Origin: Eubacteriales bacterium
GTDB taxonomy: Bacteria; Bacillota; Clostridia; Oscillospirales; CAG-272
Length of the DNA: 64,000 nucleotides
Reading direction: 5' to 3'
Assembly: GCA_045128275.1 (NCBI GenBank)
Contig: JBGVRH010000059.1
Span: 13,226-77,225 of the forward strand
This document shows positions 1 through 6,964 of this stretch, in pieces (within the stretch, counting starts at the first letter, position 1; every line of letters begins with the position of its first letter). The notes under the pieces are model-generated. The model made no database searches. It saw only the letters and a list, made by a program, of their open reading frames with translations, and was not told the DNA's origin. The translations under genes and the position numbers were made by a program.

Positions 1-39
1 CCCCCCTCAACATTTGTTGAATATCGTTTTTTTCAATCT

Positions 40-68
40 TTTCAAAATACCCCTTGATATGCTATAAT
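40..68 (+). promoter_or_regulatory. candidate sigma-A promoter upstream of typA
   Basis: TATAAT at 63-68 preceded by TGc (extended -10). The -35 at 40-45 (TTTCAA) is weak. Confidence 0.35.
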
Positions 69-126
69 AAGAGAGGATAATGAAAAATTGTGCGGTTTTT
101 CGGCCGCAGGAAAGAAGGATACAACA

Positions 127-1971
127 ATGGTTCGTAACGACCTCCGCAACGTAGCCATCATCGCCCACGTTGACCACGGTAAGACCACCCTCGTGGACGG
201 TCTTTTGAAGCAGGGCGGCATCTACCGCGACAACCAGGACACCACCACCCGCGTCATGGACTCGGGAGACCTGGAGAAGGAGCGCGGCATCACCATCCTG
301 GCCAAGAATACCGCCGTCCACTACAAGGACAAGAAGATCAACATCATCGACACCCCCGGCCACGCCGACTTCGGCGGTGAGGTGGAGCGCGTGCTGAAGA
401 TGGTCAACGGTGTCATCCTCCTGGTGGACGCCGCCGAGGGCCCCATGCCCCAGACCCGCTTCGTGCTCCAGAAGGCTCTGGCCCTCAACCACCGCGTCAT
501 CGTCTGCATCAACAAGATCGACAAGCCCGACGCCCGCCTGGGTGAGGTGGAGGACGAGATCCTGGAGCTGCTCATCGACCTGGAGGCCTCCGACGAGCAG
601 CTGGATTCCCCCATGCTTTACTGCTCGGGCCGCGACGGCACCGCTTCCTTTGATCCCGACCACATGGGTGAGGATCTGACCCCCCTCTTTGAGACCATCG
701 TGGACTACATCCCCGCCCCCGAGGGCGACGAGGAAGGCCCCCTCCAGCTCCTGGTCTCCTCCATCGACTACAGCGACTACGTGGGCCGTATCGGCATCGG
801 CCGCATCGAGCGCGGCTCCATCAAGGTGGGCCAGGAGGCCATGATCTGCAACTACCACGCAGGCACCGCTCCCCGCAAGACCAAGATCGTCACCGTCATG
901 CAGATCGACGGCCTGGTGCGCAAGCCCGTGGAGGAGGCCACCATGGGCGATATCGTCTGCTTCTCGGGCGCGGGTGAGATCACCATCGGTGATACCGTCA
1001 CCGCCCTGGACTGCGTGGAGCCTCTGGAGTTCGTCAAGGTCTCCGAGCCTACCCTGGAAATGACCTTTGCCGTCAACGACTCCCCCCTGGCCGGTAAGGA
1101 GGGCAAGTTCGTCACCTCCCGCCAGATCCGCGACAGACTCTACCGCGAGCTTCTGAAGGACGTTTCCCTCCGCGTGTCCGACGGCGAGACCACCGACGAG
1201 TTCCGCGTGGCAGGTCGCGGCGAGATGCACCTGTCCATCCTCATCGAGACCATGCGCCGTGAGGGCTTCGAGCTGACCTGCTCCAACCCCCGCGTGCTGT
1301 ACAAGGAGATCGACGGGGTCAAGTGCGAGCCCATGGAGCATATCACCCTGGACGTGCCCAACGATTACGTGGGCCCCGTGGTGGAGAAGCTGGGTCAGCG
1401 CAAGGGCGACCTCTTGGAGATGACTCCCCTTGGCTCGGGCAACCGTATGCGCATCGAGTACAAGATCCCCACCCGCTGCCTCTTCGGCTACCGCTCCGAG
1501 TTCCTCACCGCCACCCACGGCGAGGGCATCATGAACACCCTCTTCGCAGGCTACGAGCCTCACCGCGGTGAGATCGTCATGCGCTTCACCGGCTCTCTCG
1601 TGGCCTCCGAGGCAGGCGAGACCACCCGCTACGGCCTGTACAAGACCCAGGAGCGCGGCCAGATGTTCGTGGGCCCCCAGACCCAGGTCTACGAGGGCAT
1701 GATCGTGGGCGAGAACCCCAAGAACGACGATATCGCCCTGAACCCCTGCCAGACCAAGCACATGACCGCCGTCCGCTCCACGGGCGCGGATGAGAAGCTG
1801 CTCCTGACTCCCCCCCGCATCTTCACCCTGGAGGAGGCCATCGAGTACATCAACGACGACGAGCTGATCGAGGTCACCCCCAAGTCCATCCGTCTCCGCA
1901 AGGTCATTCTGGACACCGAGACCCGCATGAAGGAAATGATGCGGAAGCGTCGCGCCCTGCAGGGGAAGTAA
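127..1971 (+). CDS. typA: translational GTPase TypA/BipA
   Basis: Translation [24 protein letters not shown]...DTPGHADFGGEVER...NKIDK carries the G1-G4 motifs of the EF-G/TypA family over the full length. ATG at 127 has a GAAGGA RBS and is preferred over the upstream TTG at 88. Confidence 0.95.
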   Translation: MVRNDLRNVAIIAHVDHGKTTLVDGLLKQGGIYRDNQDTTTRVMDSGDLEKERGITILAKNTAVHYKDKKINIIDTPGHADFGGEVERVLKMVNGVILLVDAAEGPMPQTRFVLQKALALNHRVIVCINKIDKPDARLGEVEDEILELLIDLEASDEQLDSPMLYCSGRDGTASFDPDHMGEDLTPLFETIVDYIPAPEGDEEGPLQLLVSSIDYSDYVGRIGIGRIERGSIKVGQEAMICNYHAGTAPRKTKIVTVMQIDGLVRKPVEEATMGDIVCFSGAGEITIGDTVTALDCVEPLEFVKVSEPTLEMTFAVNDSPLAGKEGKFVTSRQIRDRLYRELLKDVSLRVSDGETTDEFRVAGRGEMHLSILIETMRREGFELTCSNPRVLYKEIDGVKCEPMEHITLDVPNDYVGPVVEKLGQRKGDLLEMTPLGSGNRMRIEYKIPTRCLFGYRSEFLTATHGEGIMNTLFAGYEPHRGEIVMRFTGSLVASEAGETTRYGLYKTQERGQMFVGPQTQVYEGMIVGENPKNDDIALNPCQTKHMTAVRSTGADEKLLLTPPRIFTLEEAIEYINDDELIEVTPKSIRLRKVILDTETRMKEMMRKRRALQGK

Positions 1972-1991
1972 GAGAAACAACAGAATAGAAA

Positions 1992-2025
1992 ACGGACTGC
2001 GGGAGAGATCCTGCGGTCCGTTTTT
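1992..2025 (+). terminator. intrinsic terminator after typA
   Basis: GC-rich hairpin ACGGACTGCGGGA/TCCTGCGGTCCGT followed by TTTTT. Confidence 0.7.
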
Positions 2026-2082
2026 GGGTGGATCGGGGGTTCAGCGGTCCCTACAACCATGTAAATAATCCCAAACTTCCCC

Positions 2083-2124
2083 AAAAACCGCCAAGCCCCA
2101 TCACACGGACAGGGCTTGGCGGTT
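2083..2124 (-). terminator. intrinsic terminator at the end of the feo operon
   Basis: On the minus strand, ACCGCCAAGCCC...GGGCTTGGCGGT is followed by TTTTT. Confidence 0.65.
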
Positions 2125-2223
2125 TGCTCATTTGTCCCGCCGAAGCGGGTTTTGTGGGGTCGCGGTTTCAGGAAGGATTATGGCATATCTCTTTTCGGAG
2201 GAGATATCGGATAGGGAAGGGAA

Positions 2224-2481
2224 TTACTTTTTGAACAGAGCCTTCAGCCCTCGGGGGCGGTCCTCCTCGCGGGCGGCTCCCAGGAAGGTGTAACCGCTCT
2301 CGGTGATGATCGACTCCAGACAGCTGTCGGGAATATCTTGCTCGGTGAGGATAACGGTCTCCTTCCTTTTGCGGTTGGAGGCCACCTGCTTCACGGGCAG
2401 AGCGCGGCGGAGGGCATCATTGACGTGAGCCTCGCACATCCCGCACATCATGCCGTCCACCTGTACGGTGATGCGGATCAT
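2224..2481 (-). CDS. heavy-metal-associated (HMA, CopZ-like) domain protein, 85 aa
   Basis: MIRITVQVDGMMCGMCEAHV contains the GMxCxxC metal-binding motif of HMA domains. Its ATG overlaps the stop of the upstream gene by 4 nt (ATGA). The long ORF 2224..2970 is an artefactual N-terminal extension. Confidence 0.85.
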   Translation of the reverse strand: MIRITVQVDGMMCGMCEAHVNDALRRALPVKQVASNRKRKETVILTEQDIPDSCLESIITESGYTFLGAAREEDRPRGLKALFKK

Positions 2482-2720
2482 GACCGCACCTCCTCGATGG
2501 GGGCGGCGGTGTTCTCCGACTCGGACTTGGCGGTGCCTTGGGGCTTTGCCGCGTTGGGGTGGCAATGCCCCGCCATGGCACACCCCGCGCACCCGCCGCA
2601 GCAGGAGGACTTCCCCTTCTTTTTGTCGCGGATGAGGGTATACACGAGCCACCCGAAAAAGGCGGCCAGCACGGCGATGATGAGAATGGTGAAAATATGG
2701 TTTTGAAGCCAGATCAGCAT
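2478..2720 (-). CDS. FeoB-associated Cys-rich small membrane protein
   Basis: 80 aa with one N-terminal TM helix followed by KKKGKSSCCGGCAGCAMAGHCH. Lies downstream of feoB and has a GGAGG RBS. Confidence 0.75.
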   Translation of the reverse strand: MLIWLQNHIFTILIIAVLAAFFGWLVYTLIRDKKKGKSSCCGGCAGCAMAGHCHPNAAKPQGTAKSESENTAAPIEEVRS

Positions 2721-2754
2721 GGGAATTTCCTCCTTTCGGGAAATGTTTGATTAT

Positions 2755-2973
2755 TTCAAATTTGGGTTTATCGGTGGGATGCACGTCTCTTTCACAAATC
2801 AACCACACCAATGGGGAAGGGGCCCCATGGGGGTCTCCTCTATGCTGCCCACTATCAAATCTCTTGGCATATCTATGCTTTTTTGAAAGTTTTTGGAGAT
2901 CCAAGAACCTTTTTCCAAAAAGGTTCTTGGCCGCCGGAGGCCGTTCCCCTCGTTCCCCCATAAACTGCAAGTT
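2755..2973. repeat. MITE-like dispersed repeat, copy 1 (minus orientation)
   Basis: Ends are TTCAAATTTGGGTTTATCGG (2755-2774) and TAAACTGCAAGTT (2961-2973). The interior is homologous to copy 5 at 38144..38357 in reverse complement. Confidence 0.65.
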
Positions 2974-2980
2974 ATCGTTC

Positions 2981-5143
2981 TTACTTAATCTTGACGGTCT
3001 GTGTCAGTCTCCCCGACTCCTTATAGGGGCGGAAGAGCTGGAACAGCATACCCACCGCCAGCAGAGCGGCGAGGATCAGCCACAGGATGTTGATCCCGCC
3101 CATGGCACCCGTGAAGAGCAGACCGAACTGGTAGATGATGAGGGAGATGGCGTAGGCGAACACGCTCTGGTAGGCGATGGCGAAGGCCGTCCACTTGCCG
3201 TTGTTCATCTCGCGGCGGATGGCGCCCATGGCGGCGAAGCAGGGGGCGCAGAGGAGATTGAATACCAGGAAGGAGAAGCCGGCCAGCTTGCCCATACCTG
3301 CGAAGTTGGCCACACCGAAGACGGCCACGACCTCCTCCTTGGCGATGAGACCCATGAGGGTCGCCACGGCGGCGGTGGGATCCGAGAAGCCCAGAGGGGC
3401 GAAGAGCCAACCGATGGCGGTGCCGATGTAGTCCAGCACACTCATGCCGCCCTCGGGCATTTCCAGGAAGAGTCCGAAGTGACCGTCGGCTACGCCGAAC
3501 ACGGTGCCCGCCCAGATGATGACGGTGGAGAGCATGATGACGGTGCCCGCCTTCTTGATGAAGGACCAGCCCCGCTCCCACATGGAACGCAGGACACTTC
3601 CGGGGGTGGGCAGATGGTAGGCGGGCAGCTCCATGACGAAGGGAGCGGGAGTGCCCGAGAAGAGCTTGGTCTTCTTGAGCATGATGCCCGAGACAATGAT
3701 GGCGGCGATGCCGATGAAGTAGCAGAGGGGAGCCACCCACCAGGCGTTGCCGAACAGGGTGGAGGCGATCATGGCGATGATGGGGAGCTTGGCGCCGCAG
3801 GGGATGAAGGTGGTGGTGATGATGGTCATGCGGCGATCCCGCTCGTTCTCAATGGTGCGGGAGGCCATGATACCGGGGACACCGCAGCCCGTGCCGATGA
3901 GGATGGGGATGAAGGACTTACCCGACAGGCCGAACTTGCGGAAGATGCGATCCAGCACGAAGGCGATGCGGGACATGTAGCCGCAGGCCTCCAGAAAGGC
4001 CAGCATGATGAACAGCACCAGGATCTGGGGAACGAAGCCCAGCACCGCGCCCACGCCGCCCACGATGCCGTCCAGGATGAGGCTGTTCAGCCACGCGGGG
4101 GTGCCTGCGGCGGTGAGGCCTGCCTCCACCAGCACGGGAATGCCGTTGACCCAGTGGCCGAAGAAGTCAAAGCCCTCTCCGAAGAGCCCGTCGTTCATGA
4201 AGTCGGTGACGAAGGTACCCACGGTGGAGACGGATATGTAGTAGACCAGGAACATGATGGCGGCGAAGATGGGCAGGGCGGCGATGCGGTTGGTGACCAC
4301 CTTGTCGATCTTCTCCGAGGTGGAGAGCTTGCCCACGTGCTTGCGCTTGAAGCAGCCCTTCAGAATGGAGGTGATGTAGTTGTAGCGCTCGTTGATGATG
4401 ATGGCCTCGGCATCGTCGTCCAAAAGACGCTCGGTCTCGCGGATATCCTCCTCGATGTGAGAAAGGATGGCGTGGTCAAGGTTCAGCTCCTCCAGCACCT
4501 TTTCGTCCCGCTCAAAGATCTTGATGGCGTACCATCTCTGGCGGTCGGCGGGCATGCCGTGGACGGCGGCCTCCTCGATGTGGGCCAGGGTATGCTCCAC
4601 CTCGCCCGAGAAGATGTGGTGGGGGATATTGCGACCGTGCTTGGCGGTCTCGATGGCCAGGGCCACGGCCTCCTCCAGTCCCGTGCCCTTGAGGGCGGAG
4701 ATCTCCACGGCGGGACAGCCCAGGCGGTGGGACAGAGCCTCCAGGTCAATCTTGTCCCCCCGCTTGCGGAGGACGTCCACCATGTTGATGGCCATGACCA
4801 CGGGGATGCCCAACTCGGTCAGCTGGGTGGTGAGGTAGAGGTTGCGCTCCAGGTTGGTGCCGTCGATGATGTTCAGGATGGCGTCGGGGCACTCCACCAC
4901 CAGGTAGTTGCGGGCGACCACCTCCTCCAGGGTGTAGGGGGAGAGGGAATAGATGCCGGGCAGGTCGGTGACGATGACGGTCTCGGGGCCCTCGTGACCC
5001 TTGAGCTTGCCCTCTTTCTTCTCCACCGTGACACCGGGCCAGTTGCCCACGAACTGGTTGGAGCCGGTGAGGGCGTTGAAGAGGGTGGTCTTGCCCGTGT
5101 TGGGGTTACCCGCCAGGGCGATGCGGATGGTGCTTGCTTCCAT
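2981..5143 (-). CDS. feoB: ferrous iron transporter FeoB
   Basis: N-terminal G domain IALAGNPNTGKTTLFNALTG...DLPGIYSL followed by a polytopic membrane domain; 720 aa. Confidence 0.95.
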   Translation of the reverse strand: MEASTIRIALAGNPNTGKTTLFNALTGSNQFVGNWPGVTVEKKEGKLKGHEGPETVIVTDLPGIYSLSPYTLEEVVARNYLVVECPDAILNIIDGTNLERNLYLTTQLTELGIPVVMAINMVDVLRKRGDKIDLEALSHRLGCPAVEISALKGTGLEEAVALAIETAKHGRNIPHHIFSGEVEHTLAHIEEAAVHGMPADRQRWYAIKIFERDEKVLEELNLDHAILSHIEEDIRETERLLDDDAEAIIINERYNYITSILKGCFKRKHVGKLSTSEKIDKVVTNRIAALPIFAAIMFLVYYISVSTVGTFVTDFMNDGLFGEGFDFFGHWVNGIPVLVEAGLTAAGTPAWLNSLILDGIVGGVGAVLGFVPQILVLFIMLAFLEACGYMSRIAFVLDRIFRKFGLSGKSFIPILIGTGCGVPGIMASRTIENERDRRMTIITTTFIPCGAKLPIIAMIASTLFGNAWWVAPLCYFIGIAAIIVSGIMLKKTKLFSGTPAPFVMELPAYHLPTPGSVLRSMWERGWSFIKKAGTVIMLSTVIIWAGTVFGVADGHFGLFLEMPEGGMSVLDYIGTAIGWLFAPLGFSDPTAAVATLMGLIAKEEVVAVFGVANFAGMGKLAGFSFLVFNLLCAPCFAAMGAIRREMNNGKWTAFAIAYQSVFAYAISLIIYQFGLLFTGAMGGINILWLILAALLAVGMLFQLFRPYKESGRLTQTVKIK

Positions 5144-5174
5144 AAATAGCGTTTCTCCTTGCTAAGCGCCACCG

Positions 5175-5190
5175 GTTAGCACGCGCTAAC
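5175..5190. promoter_or_regulatory. perfect palindrome GTTAGC-ACGC-GCTAAC in the feoA-feoB spacer
   Basis: Read directly from the sequence. The same half-sites recur at 5514..5529. Confidence 0.4.
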
Positions 5191-5261
5191 TAATGGGCGC
5201 AAAATATCGGGTCATACCCGAAGATCGAAATGGGGAACGGGGATCTCGTCTGCCTGTGGGA

Positions 5262-5483
5262 TCACTCCACCTCAATGCGGGCGGCGTCCTCCTTGCGCAG
5301 GCTCAGCTCGTAGCCTCGGACGGTGACCTCCAGGGGATCTCCCAGAGGGGCGACCTTGGTGATCTTGATGTCCACACCGCGGGTGATGCCCATGTCCATG
5401 ATGCGGCGGCGGACGGCTCCCTCGCCGTGAACCTTGACCACGCGGGCGGTGCCTCCGATCTTGATTTCGCGTAACGTTTTCAT
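5262..5483 (-). CDS. feoA: FeoA family iron transport protein
   Basis: 73 aa SH3-like FeoA sequence (MKTLREIKIGGTARVVKV...GDPLEV...), immediately upstream of feoB. Confidence 0.9.
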   Translation of the reverse strand: MKTLREIKIGGTARVVKVHGEGAVRRRIMDMGITRGVDIKITKVAPLGDPLEVTVRGYELSLRKEDAARIEVE

Positions 5484-5513
5484 ATAATGACCTCCGTGCG
5501 GCGACAGGTACGA

Positions 5514-5529
5514 GTTAGCCGCCGCTAAC
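5514..5529. promoter_or_regulatory. perfect palindrome GTTAGC-CGCC-GCTAAC at the predicted feoA transcript start (operator candidate)
   Basis: Lies 8-23 nt downstream of the -10 hexamer of the feoA promoter. Confidence 0.45.
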
Positions 5530-5536
5530 TGACATA

Positions 5537-5565
5537 ATTATACCCAACGAATGGGGATTTGTCAA
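5537..5565 (-). promoter_or_regulatory. sigma-A promoter of the feo operon
   Basis: Minus strand reads TTGACA (5560-5565), 17 nt spacer, TATAAT (5537-5542). Confidence 0.7.
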
Positions 5566-5654
5566 GTAGGAAATGCAAATTTTTCTAATTTTGTGAGATT
5601 GGATATTTTCTTGCGCGGGGTGAAAAGAGGCGTGCGCTTTTTGCACAAATGGAG

Positions 5655-5909
5655 GAGTAAATTGCAGTTTAGCGGTGCGTTGTCTGACGGTAAGGGGGTG
5701 TCATTTTCCGCGTTCTGCCCTCTCACCGCCTACGGCGGAGCTCCCCCAAAGGGGGAGCCTTTCGCATCACCTTTTTAGGAATTTTCTTTCCCGACAAGCA
5801 TTTCCCTAAGGCTCCCCCTCTGGGGGAGCTCCCGCGAAGCGGGTGAGAGGGCTTACGAGGAAAGTGGCACGCATCATCTGTCAAACAGTTCGACAAACCC
5901 AAATTTGAA
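5655..5909. repeat. MITE-like dispersed repeat, copy 2 (plus orientation)
   Basis: Left end GTAAATTGCAGTTTA (5657-5671) and right end CGACAAACCCAAATTTGAA (5891-5909). The core holds an inverted pair of about 45 bp GC-rich units (5717-5761 and 5808-5852). Confidence 0.55.
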
Positions 5910-5981
5910 TCCCCAGACCGCCGTTTCCCCTCTCTCCCCGCAAAAATCCCCGAAAAACCTTCCCAAATACGGAAAACCCTC

Positions 5982-6010
5982 TTGATTGTTGGCTTTTTTG
6001 GTGGTATAAT
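5982..6010 (+). promoter_or_regulatory. sigma-A promoter of metF-metH
   Basis: TTGATT, 17 nt spacer, TATAAT. Confidence 0.6.
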
Positions 6011-6057
6011 AAAGGAACAGAAAGAATCGCACACGACCCATGCGGAGGTACATACAC

Positions 6058-6945
6058 ATGAAAATTACCGAACTTTTGGCCCGCGACGGGCTGTCCCTCT
6101 CCTTTGAGGTGTTCCCCCCCAAGACCGACACCGCCTTCGCGTCGGTGAAGGCCGCCACCGAGGAGATCGCCGACCTCCACCCCGCTTTTGTCAGCGTCAC
6201 CTACGGCGCGGGAGGCGGTACCAGTCAGTACACCCTGGAGATCGCCAAGACCATCAAGCAGGCTCACGGTGTGCCCACCCTCGCCCACCTCACCTGTGTC
6301 TCCTCCACCCGTGAGACGGTGCGCGCCCGCATCGCCGACATGAAGGCCGCGGGCATCGAGAACGTCATGGCTCTGCGGGGTGATATCCCTGCTGATATGC
6401 AGGGAATGGATCGTTCTAATTGGCCTTACCGCTACGCCGTGGATCTTGTTCGTGAGCTTAAAGAAAGCCGCACCGATGGTGCCGCGGATTTCTGCATCGG
6501 CGGCGCGTGCTACCCCGAGGTGCATCCCGAGTCGGCCCACCAGAAGGAGGATATCCGCTACCTCAAGGAAAAGGTGGACGCGGGAGTGGAATTTCTCACC
6601 ACCCAGATGTTCTTCGACAACAACCTCCTCTACAATTTCCTCTACAAGATCCGCGAGGCTGGCATTACCGTCCCCGTGGTGCCGGGCATCATGCCCATCA
6701 CGGCAGGGAACCAGGTGGCCCGCGCCATCCAGCTCTCGGGATCCTTCATGCCCCGCCGATTCGTGTCCTTGGTGGACAAGTTCGGCGGGAGCCCCGCCGC
6801 CATGAAGCAGGCGGGCATCGCCTACGCTACGGATCAGATCATTGATCTGTACGCCAACGGGGTGAAGAACGTCCACGTGTATACCATGAACAAGCCGGAT
6901 GTGGCGAGGAAGATTCTGGAGAATCTTTCGGAGATTCTTTGCTGA
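6058..6945 (+). CDS. metF: 5,10-methylenetetrahydrofolate reductase
   Basis: MKITELLARDGLSLSFEVFPPKT...VSVTYGAGG... is typical of the MetF family. ATG at 6058 follows a GGAGG RBS. Confidence 0.9.
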   Translation: MKITELLARDGLSLSFEVFPPKTDTAFASVKAATEEIADLHPAFVSVTYGAGGGTSQYTLEIAKTIKQAHGVPTLAHLTCVSSTRETVRARIADMKAAGIENVMALRGDIPADMQGMDRSNWPYRYAVDLVRELKESRTDGAADFCIGGACYPEVHPESAHQKEDIRYLKEKVDAGVEFLTTQMFFDNNLLYNFLYKIREAGITVPVVPGIMPITAGNQVARAIQLSGSFMPRRFVSLVDKFGGSPAAMKQAGIAYATDQIIDLYANGVKNVHVYTMNKPDVARKILENLSEILC

Positions 6946-6964
6946 AAGAAAGGCACCTAACAAT

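Noticed and set aside
7-1980. Very long antisense ORFs opposite real genes (for example 7..1980 -, 2747..5149 +, 9582..13808 -, 15293..16882 +, 28299..30035 +, 35473..37533 +, 38402..40696 +, 44118..48410 +, 48959..53086 -, 53083..57036 -, 58217..60241 -).
   Set aside because: Their translations are low-complexity and rich in G, A, D, V, H and L, as expected for shadow frames in high-GC DNA. Each lies opposite an ORF with unmistakable homology (typA, feoB, capD-like, proS, lysK, ftsH, gdpP, rpoB, rpoC, fusA), and none has a convincing RBS.
2482-2970. The 248 aa ORF 2224..2970 as one long protein, and the overlapping ORFs 2338..2706 and 2538..2750.
   Set aside because: Only the last 85 codons form an HMA domain with its own ATG, coupled to the upstream Cys-rich gene. 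The upstream part crosses that gene in another frame and the repeat element.
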